In this document: positions 9,090 through 17,000 of the stretch, one piece after another | Position numbering within the stretch: the first letter of the stretch is position 1 | How the letters are laid out: each line of letters opens with the position of its first letter | From: a virus | Lineage: Duplodnaviria; Caudoviricetes | Length of the DNA stretch: 56,056 nt | Direction: 5' to 3' (one strand) | Virus record (IMG/VR): IMGVR_UViG_3300036845_000136 | Coordinates: 1 to 56,056 of that record | Notes under the pieces: generated by a model | Told to the model about the DNA's origin: nothing | Seen by the model: the letters and a program-made list of their open reading frames with translations, nothing else | Database searches by the model: none | Position numbers and translations under genes: made by a program

Positions 9090-9307
9090 CAGACAGACTC
9101 CCCATCCGTAGCGCCGGGCGGTATCTGTGATAGTGCGATCGCATAGGCCATCCACCATGCGCTGCGACGCTCGAGCGTTGTCGCGACGCCGGTCTCGCCG
9201 ATCTCCCGTAAATGGTTCGCCATGCCCTGGCACTCGCGGGCTAGGTTTCTCGCCTTGACCGCCGACATCAGCGGCACCGGTGGCGGCAGGATAGGTTCAT
9301 CGCTCAT
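9089..9307 (-). CDS. hypothetical protein
   Basis: 72 aa, AAGGAG SD upstream. Confidence 0.55.
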   Translation of the reverse strand: MSDEPILPPPVPLMSAVKARNLARECQGMANHLREIGETGVATTLERRSAWWMAYAIALSQIPPGATDGESV

Positions 9308-9358
9308 CAGACAGACTCCTTCTCGCTGGAGGCGCGTCGCCGCGTCCCCGTTGGTTGG

Positions 9359-9490
9359 TCAGTAGCAGTCGGTGCGGCAGGCTTGAGAGCCGTTGACGCC
9401 CGAGTTGTTGCAGGTCGTGCGGCAGTGGGTCTCGGCCTGCGCGATGCCGATGGTGGCGAGCAGCAGTGCGATAGCGATGATCGACTTCAT
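9359..9490 (-). CDS. small secreted Cys-rich peptide (43 aa)
   Basis: MKSIIAIALLLATIGIAQA signal peptide followed by ETHCRTTCNNSGVNGSQACRTDCY; AAAGGAA SD. Confidence 0.65.
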   Translation of the reverse strand: MKSIIAIALLLATIGIAQAETHCRTTCNNSGVNGSQACRTDCY

Positions 9491-9572
9491 AGTTGCGGTT
9501 TCCTTTGTGTGTGCAACAGTTCCCCTGGACAGGCCCAGGCAAATGCAGCGCGGACGCTGCATCTGTCGCGGG

Positions 9573-9812
9573 TCAGACCGAGGGGTCGGCTTGTTGCTTC
9601 TTGATCGAGGCGATGATCCTCGGGCTCTGCAAACTGAGCGCGTTGAGCGCGAGCAGGACCCAGAACGTGGCGCCGATCAGCGTGGGGTAATCGGGGAAGT
9701 GGTAGGCAACCATGAAGGTGGCGACCAGCGGGAACCCGATGTAGCGGCCCACCGGGCCGGCGATCTTGATGATGACGTAGGCGATGATGATCGCCGCGAC
9801 GATGATGAACAT
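9573..9812 (-). CDS. small membrane protein
   Basis: about three hydrophobic segments; TAGGAA upstream. Confidence 0.6.
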   Translation of the reverse strand: MFIIVAAIIIAYVIIKIAGPVGRYIGFPLVATFMVAYHFPDYPTLIGATFWVLLALNALSLQSPRIIASIKKQQADPSV

Positions 9813-9879
9813 ATCTGTGATTCCTATGGGGATGCGCAGGGAAATGGACCGGCATCGCTGCCGGCCCTTCCGTCGGTGA

Positions 9880-10758
9880 TCAGGCGTCGGCCAACTCGGC
9901 CCAGACCTTGCCGCCGATCAGCCCGGCCACGCGCTTCTCGCGATCGAAGCGAGCCTGCCCACGGCCACCCTTGATGGTGGTGTCGCCGTGGCTGCTCCAA
10001 TAGGTAAGCGTATTGTAGAGAGTCCAGAGATTGGCGCCCGACTGCGCGGAGCCATCGTCGCGAGCCCGCAGATACGCATGGACGAGGTGATCCGTCAGCG
10101 TCTCAGTGGCCGCCGGCATAGACGCGCAGACCGCGATCGCCTGGGCATCCGACACCGGGATATGCGGCCACGCCTGCCAGCGCTTTGCCGTCAGGATGTG
10201 TTCCTCGGCCGCCTGGGTCAGCCCGGCAATCGCCTTGGGCACGTCAATAGTGCCGGTGTGGCGCATCGCGAACGAGGCGTAGTCGGTCCCCATAATCGAG
10301 GTATTGGCGCAGACGAAGTTATAGGCGCCGCACTGGCCGCGGAAGCGAAGCGAACCATCGTAGCTATTGAGCATCAGCAGCCGCAGCGCGACCTCGACCC
10401 CAGGCTTCACCTGGACGCGGTGCGCCGGCAGCAGATACTGGCGGAAGCAACGTGCGCCGAAATGCGCGTAGTCGGTGCCGATCCGCATGTCGGTCAGGTC
10501 GAGCGAGGACTTCGCCAGCGTCTCTTCGAAAGCGCCGAACGCTTCCTCGTTGGTCACCACTTGATATTTGTCGGTGGCGACGTGCAGCGTGTCGCCGGTG
10601 TCCTCGCGCACGATGCGCATCCAGCCCGGCAGTTCATGCCCCTGGTCGTCAAACAGCCGGCGCGCCTTGACCGGAAAGAACACCGGGGCGGCGTGATTCG
10701 CTGGAATGAAGCCATGCTTCTCGACCAGATCGGCGTAGGGAAGATTGTCAAACGGCAT
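9880..10758 (-). CDS. DUF932/DUF945-family phage/plasmid protein
   Basis: REDTGDTL..TDKYQVVTNEEAF, LLMLNSYDGS, FVCANT, HTG motifs; ATG at 10758 after AAAGGAA (the track start at 10821 lies in the promoter). Confidence 0.75.
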   Translation of the reverse strand: MPFDNLPYADLVEKHGFIPANHAAPVFFPVKARRLFDDQGHELPGWMRIVREDTGDTLHVATDKYQVVTNEEAFGAFEETLAKSSLDLTDMRIGTDYAHFGARCFRQYLLPAHRVQVKPGVEVALRLLMLNSYDGSLRFRGQCGAYNFVCANTSIMGTDYASFAMRHTGTIDVPKAIAGLTQAAEEHILTAKRWQAWPHIPVSDAQAIAVCASMPAATETLTDHLVHAYLRARDDGSAQSGANLWTLYNTLTYWSSHGDTTIKGGRGQARFDREKRVAGLIGGKVWAELADA

Positions 10759-10765
10759 CGGAAGG

Positions 10766-10860
10766 TTCCTTTGTGTGTGTGCAACGGCGACAAGATAGGA
10801 AAAAATAGGGACATCAGTCAAGAGGAATATCGTGGCAGCAGAGGAAAAAATAGGGACATC
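10766..10860 (-). promoter_or_regulatory. sigma70-like promoter with two 18-bp boxes (copy 2) at the divergent junction
   Basis: On minus strand TTGACT-N18-TATCTT, then GTTGCACACACACAAAGGAA; exact boxes GGAAAAAATAGGGACATC at 10798-10815 and 10843-10860. Confidence 0.75.
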
Positions 10861-12130
10861 AGGCGCGTGGCCGGCAGATCACGTGGAACGCCGCCCGCTG
10901 GCAGAGTTGATCGCCTACGCCCGCAACGCCCGCACCCACAGCGAAGGTCAGGTCGCGCAGATCGCCAAATCGATCACCGAGTTCGGTTTCGCGACGCCGG
11001 TGCTGATCGACCCCGACGGGACCATCATCGCCGGCCACGGCCGCGTCCTCGCAGCAGGACGCCTCGGCCTCACCACAGTCCCCGTCATGGTCGCCGACGG
11101 TTGGAGCGCCGCGCAGATCAAAGCCTACCGCATCGCCGATAACCAGTTGGCGCTGAACGCCGGCTGGGACCTGTCGTTGCTGCGGGGCGAGTTCATGGAC
11201 CTGCAAGCCTCGGGCTTCGATCTGGAGTTCACCGGCTTCGCCGCCGCCGCGGCCGAGGCGATGATCGCCGACACCGGCGGCAGGACCGAGCCGGACGACG
11301 TGCCGGAGCCGCCAGAGGTCCCACGCACGCGCCCAGGCGACGTGTGGCAGCTTGGCCGGCATCGGCTGATCTGCGGTGATGCCACCGACCCCGAGGCCGT
11401 GCAGCGCGTCCTGGCGGGCGCCACGCCGCAGCTTCTCGTGACCGACCCGCCCTACGGCGTGGCCTATGATGGCAAGTGGCGCGACAAGGGACCGCGGCAG
11501 GCGCCCGGCAAGAGCAAAGTGGCCTACGTGCCGGGCGACGGGCAGAGCGACTGGTCAGCCGCCTGGGCACACTATCAGGGCGACGTCGCCTATATCTGGA
11601 GCAGCCCACTCAAGCTCGAGGTACCGCAACACCTGCTCGCCGCCGGCTTCGAGATCAGATCGCAGATCGTCTGGCGCAAGCATCAACCGATCTTCGGTCG
11701 CGGCCACTACCACTGGCAGCATGAATGTTGCTGGTACGCCGTGCGCAAGGGCAGCACAGGACACTGGCAGGGCGACCGCAAGCAGAGCACGGTGTGGGAC
11801 ATCACCACCGCCTCGGGCTTCCATGCCGGTGTGGTCGAGGCCGCCACCACGCACGGCACGCAGAAGCCGGTGGAGTGCATGCGCAAGCCGATGGAGAACA
11901 ACTCGGCCGTCGGCGATTGGGTGTATGATCCCTTCCTCGGATCGGGGACCAGCGTTATCGCCGCGCAGATGGCCGGCCGCTGCTGCGCCGCAATCGAGCT
12001 AAACCCGGCATATTGCGATCAGGCGATCACCCGCTGGCAGGAGTTCGTCGGCGCCGAGGCGGTCCTCGAGGCCACCGGCGAGAAGTTCGATGCCGTGCGC
12101 GTGGTGCCAGAACTGGCCTTGGGTAGGTGA
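10832..12130 (+). CDS. ParB-like N-terminal domain fused to an N4/N6 DNA methyltransferase
   Basis: YARNARTHS..IIAGHGRVLAA..IADN (ParB-like); DPPY, HGTQKPVE and DPFLGSGT (beta-class MTase). Confidence 0.9.
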   Translation: MAAEEKIGTSGAWPADHVERRPLAELIAYARNARTHSEGQVAQIAKSITEFGFATPVLIDPDGTIIAGHGRVLAAGRLGLTTVPVMVADGWSAAQIKAYRIADNQLALNAGWDLSLLRGEFMDLQASGFDLEFTGFAAAAAEAMIADTGGRTEPDDVPEPPEVPRTRPGDVWQLGRHRLICGDATDPEAVQRVLAGATPQLLVTDPPYGVAYDGKWRDKGPRQAPGKSKVAYVPGDGQSDWSAAWAHYQGDVAYIWSSPLKLEVPQHLLAAGFEIRSQIVWRKHQPIFGRGHYHWQHECCWYAVRKGSTGHWQGDRKQSTVWDITTASGFHAGVVEAATTHGTQKPVECMRKPMENNSAVGDWVYDPFLGSGTSVIAAQMAGRCCAAIELNPAYCDQAITRWQEFVGAEAVLEATGEKFDAVRVVPELALGR

Positions 12131-12132
12131 GT

Positions 12133-12574
12133 GATGGGAGCCGTAGCGAAGCGATCGGTTGCACGCCGCTTGCAGTTCTGCCGCGTGATCGCCTCCGGCG
12201 GCAGCGTGCGGACAGCGTGTCGCGTCATCGATATGGCCCGCCAAGCGGTCTACGCGTGGCGGGATGCTGATCCCATCTTCGCCAAGATGTGGGACGAAGC
12301 CTACGAAGATCACACCGACCTCTATGAGGAGGTCATCAGCAAGGCCGCCGCTCGTGGCAGCCTGTACGCTGCCCTTGCCGCGCTGCGCGCCCGCCGGCCG
12401 GGAGTGTGGGCAAAATCAGCCTCGTCCACTGAGGGCGACGTCGTCGAGGCTCTGGCGATCGCGCATGCGAGCAGCAACGCCGAGGCGCCCAAGGTATTCC
12501 TGATGCCGACCGATGCCGTGTCCGATAACGAACCCGATGAGCCACTGACAATCGAGGGCGAGCAGGCCGCATGA
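12133..12574 (+). CDS. terS: putative terminase small subunit
   Basis: N-terminal HTH (SVRTACRVIDMARQAVYAWR..D..FAKMWDEA); overlaps the terL start; exact start uncertain (GTG 12131 or ATG 12134). Confidence 0.6.
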
Positions 12575-14019
12575 TGCAGGTCGGCCGGCCGCGCGAAGGC
12601 GTCGACATCTATCCGCAAGCCGGGCCGCAGCAGACCTTCGGACGTACCGGGGCCGAGATCGCCGTGTTCGGCGGCAGTGCCGGGAGCGGCAAGACCTACG
12701 CCTTGTTGCTGGAGGCAATGCGCCATCCGCCGCACGTTACCGGCTTCGACGCGGTGATGTTCCGCCGCACCACGGTCGATATCCGCAAGCCCGGCGGTCT
12801 CTGGCCGGAATCACTCCGCGTCTTCCCCCACGCCGGCGGTGTGCCGATCAGCCACACGCTGGAATGGCGCTGGCCCGGCAAGGGCTCGATCAAGATGGCG
12901 CATCTCGAGCACGAGAACACAGTGTATGACTGGCATGGTAGTCAGGTTCCGTTGATTTGTTGGGATGAACTCCAAACTTTTACTAAGTCTCAGTTTTTCT
13001 ACATGCTGAGCCGCAATAGAAGTTCCACCGGCATACAGTCATGGATGCGCGCTACCTGCAACGCCGATGCGTCCTCATGGCTCGCTGAGTTCCTGTCCTG
13101 GTACTGGGACCCGCTGACTGGCTATCCGATTCCTGAACGCTCCGGCGTGATCCGCTATTTCACTCGCGGACAGGACGACAGCTTCCTGTGGTTCAACAGC
13201 AAGCGCGAAGCGGTGCGGGCCACCGGTCAGCCGCCCGAGACGGTCAAGAGTTTCACCTTCGTTGCCGCCAAGCTCGCCGACAACCCGGCACTGATGCGTT
13301 CAGACCCATCGTATTTGGGTAATTTGATGCTCCTGCCGCAGGTCGAGCGGGAACGACTGCTGAACGGCAACTGGAAGATCATTCCTTCCGCCGGGCTCTA
13401 CTTCAATCGCTCGTGGTGTCAGGTGATCGACATTGCGCCGATGTGCACCAAGATCGTGCGCGGCTGGGATCTGGCCTCGTCGGAGCCGAAAGACAGTTCC
13501 GATCCCGACTGGACGGCGTGCACCAAGATCGGTGTGATGCAGGACGGCCGCTGGATTGTGCTGCACCACGATGCCTTCCGTGGCAGCCCTGCCGAGGTCG
13601 AGCGCCGGGTGGTGAACTACTCTGCGATGGATGGCTACGATTGCATCGTCAGCCTGCCACAGGACCCTGGACAGGCCGGCAAATACCAAGTGGCGGCAAT
13701 GACCAGGGCGCTCGCCGGCTATCGCGTGGAGAGTTCACCGGAGAGTGGCGACAAGGTGACGCGGTTCGGACCGTTCAGCGCGCAGGCCGAGGTCGGCAAC
13801 GTGCTGGTCCTACGCGGCCAGTGGAACGAACGGTTCGTGTCGCAGCTTGAGAACTTTCCCGAGGGCGCGCACGACGACGATGCCGACAGCGTCAGCCGCG
13901 CCTATAACGCGATCGCGCAGAATCCGCCGATGCGCTTCGATCCGGATGAATTGCGCAAGCTCGGCATCCACATGCCGGGCGATATGACGGGGATGCTGCT
14001 GCCGCCAATGCGTCGCTGA
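12571..14019 (+). CDS. terL: terminase large subunit
   Basis: Walker A GGSAGSGKT, Walker B ICWDE, ATCN coupling motif, nuclease motifs GWDLA and HDDDAD. Confidence 0.95.
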   Translation: MMQVGRPREGVDIYPQAGPQQTFGRTGAEIAVFGGSAGSGKTYALLLEAMRHPPHVTGFDAVMFRRTTVDIRKPGGLWPESLRVFPHAGGVPISHTLEWRWPGKGSIKMAHLEHENTVYDWHGSQVPLICWDELQTFTKSQFFYMLSRNRSSTGIQSWMRATCNADASSWLAEFLSWYWDPLTGYPIPERSGVIRYFTRGQDDSFLWFNSKREAVRATGQPPETVKSFTFVAAKLADNPALMRSDPSYLGNLMLLPQVERERLLNGNWKIIPSAGLYFNRSWCQVIDIAPMCTKIVRGWDLASSEPKDSSDPDWTACTKIGVMQDGRWIVLHHDAFRGSPAEVERRVVNYSAMDGYDCIVSLPQDPGQAGKYQVAAMTRALAGYRVESSPESGDKVTRFGPFSAQAEVGNVLVLRGQWNERFVSQLENFPEGAHDDDADSVSRAYNAIAQNPPMRFDPDELRKLGIHMPGDMTGMLLPPMRR

Positions 14020-14030
14020 AGGGAGGGGTC

Positions 14031-17000
14031 ATGTCGCTGCTGACCGCTCTCGCCGGCTTCGCCGGGCTCCTGGCGCGCGACGCGGCGCCTGAGCCGCCAC
14101 CGCCTCCACCGCCTGCCCCGCCGCAGATCGACGCCCAGGCGCTCTACAACGCGCTGCTGAGCACCGGCATGGTCGGCCAGCAGACCACGCCGTTCCAACT
14201 CTACTCGACCCGCCCCGTGGACGCTGGTGACATGGCGCGCATCTTCGCGCCGGCCAAGCCGATGCGTGGCGTCGTGCCTGATGGCGTCATCCCGATGGCG
14301 ATGGACGACCTCAACAACCCCATGTCGCTCTACGGTGGCTATCAGGGCATCACCGAGGGCATGGCGTGGCTCGGCTATCCCTATCTGGCCGAGCTGGCGC
14401 AGCGCACCGAATACCGGCGCATGTCAGAGACCATCGCCAAGGAAATGACGCGACGGTGGTTCAAGCTGATCGCGACCGGCGATGACGACAAGACCGACAA
14501 GATCACCGCGCTCGAAGCCTGTATGCGCGAGCATAAGCTGCAAGAGAAATTCGCGCTGCTCGCCCTGCTCGACGGCTTCTTCGGCCGCGCGCACCTCTAC
14601 ATCGATACCGGTGTCGGCGATGATCTGGATCAGATGAAGTTACCGCTGCTGATCGATCCGAGGGTGATCGGCAAGAACGGGCTAAAGGCACTGCGGGTCA
14701 TCGAGCCGATGTGGTGCTACGCTAACCGCTACAACGCCAACGATCCGCTGCGCAGCGACTTCTACCTGCCGCAGTCGTGGTATGTGATGGGCAAGGAAAT
14801 CCATCGCACCCGCATCCTGCCGTTCATCTCGCGCGAAATGCCCGACATGCTGAAGCCGGCATACAGCTTCGGCGGCCTTTCGCTGAGCCAGATGGCCAAG
14901 CCCTACGTCGACAACTGGCTGCGCACTCGCCAATCGGTGTCCGATCTGGTGCACAGCTTCTCGACGCCCGTGCTGATGACCAACATGGGCAGCGTCATGA
15001 ATGCCGGCGCCAGTCAGGCACTGCAAATGCGTGCCGCGCTGTTCAACTACCTACGCGACAACAACAATATGATGGTGGTCGATAAGACCACCGAGGACTT
15101 CAAGAACGTCGCGGCACCGCTCGGCTCGCTCGATCATCTGCAAGCGCAGAGCCAGGAGCACATATCGTCGGCAGTCGGGATACCCCTGGTGGTGCTGACC
15201 GGCATTTCGCCGTCAGGGCTTAATTCAAGCAGCGAATTTGAACTCCAGGTTTGGGCGCAGTGGATACACGCCAACCAGACCAGCTTCTTCGATGCGAATC
15301 TGAAGCTGATCTTGGACGTGATGCAGCTCGACCAGTTCGGCGAAATTGACCCCGACATCTCGCACGCGTGGGAGCCCCTCGAGGAGCTATCGGAGGCGGA
15401 GAAGGCGACCGCCGACAAGACCAAGGCGGACACCGACGTTGCCTACATCAACGCCGGCGTGTTGTCCCCCGACGAGGTGCGACAGAACCTGTCCGGCGAG
15501 GCGGAGAGCCCCTATCCCGGCCTCGACCTGGAGGGCCCCGCGCCACCGCCGCCGCAGCAGGAGCAGGACCCGCTCGCTGGCGCCCCTGGCGGCGATCCAG
15601 AAGGCGGCGGCGCACCTCCCGGCCCGGGTGGCCCTGGCGGTCCTCCCGGCACCGCAGGCGGCCCCGCAGGCGGCCGGCCGAACCCGATCAAGCCCACACC
15701 GCCGCGGGAGGTCGAGGCCGGTGGCTCGCCCGCCGCGACCAAGCCGAATGCCAGCCGTGATGAGGGTGGCAGCCGCGAGGTCGAGCACACCGCGATCAAG
15801 ATCGGCGAGAACGACAACGCCCAGGTGCACCTGAAGCCGCACGATGAACTGCACATCAAGATGGCGGCCGACGGCAGCCTGATCCTGTCAGGGGCTCGGC
15901 GTGACGCCCCTTTCGGCCAGGACGCTGAGTTCGAGGAGAGCAACGTCAAGCGGGACCAGAGCGGCAAGTTCGCCAAGAGCCGCACTTACAGCAAGACCAA
16001 CCCGCCGCAATCGAGCCATCTGCATGACGTCGAGTTCAAGTCATGGGACGCGCCAAAGGATAGTGCTGGGTGGAAGAAAGAAGCCGAGACCACACCGCAT
16101 TTCGAAGAGCCCGAGATGCCAGCCACGGGCGGCAAGAAACAGGGCGCCGGCGTGATCGTCCAGGAGCCCGACGGCCGGGTGTGGGTGATCCATCCGACCA
16201 ACCAATACGGCGGCTACTCCGGCACTTTCCCCAAGGGCGGCGTCGATAAGGGCGACAGCCTCCATGCCACCGCGATCAAGGAAGCCTACGAGGAGTCTGG
16301 CCTGCATGTGCAGTTGACCGGCTATGCCGGCGACGCCAATCGAGGCACATCGGTCGCCCGCTACTACTACGCCAAGCGGATCGGCGGTACGCCGGCAGAT
16401 CACGGCTGGGAGTCGGAAGGCGTCACGCTCTCGCCCCCCGATGAACTGCATCATCACCTGAACACGCCGCTCGATCGCCGCATGGCGGTCGCGATGATCC
16501 CTGGCGCGCACAAGGAAAGCCCGATCGACACCGCCAAGATGGAGAAGACCGGCGGCAAGCTGGGTAGCAATCCGGGCGGCAAATACAAGGACAGCGACGG
16601 CAAGGAATACTACGTCAAGGACAGCAAATCAGACAGCCACGCCAAGAACGAGATACTGGCATCGCGGCTGTATGACGCGGCCGGGGCACCGGCGCTGCAT
16701 GTCATGCCGGCGACCACACCAGACGGAAAGCTCGGCACCGCCACCGAGTGGCAGAAGACCGAGAAGATCAATCCGAAGAGCGAGGCCGATCGCACCGCAG
16801 CGCAGAAACATTTCGCGGCCCATGCGTGGCTAGCGAACTGGGATGCACCCGGCCTGACGCATGACAATCAGGCGCGGATCGACGGCAAGATGACGACGCT
16901 CGATAGCGGTGGCGCGCTGCTGTATCGCGCGCAGGGCGGCGAAAAGGGCGACAAGTTCGGCGACGACGTCGGCGAATGGGACACGCTGCGCAGCCCGAGC

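Noticed and set aside
7468-10860. Repeats considered as CRISPR or att sites
   Set aside because: Only pairs of boxes, no regularly spaced array, no cas or integrase gene; they coincide with promoter elements.
9988-11142. 384-aa ORF on the plus strand
   Set aside because: Antisense to the DUF932 gene and runs through the promoter region; not protein-like.
12571-14019. Intein or intron in the terminase
   Set aside because: Normal length and no splicing motifs, despite the AT-rich patch.
14031-15520. Calling the portal region an Acb1 anti-CBASS nuclease
   Set aside because: I saw no paired HxT phosphoesterase motifs; position and motifs fit a portal.
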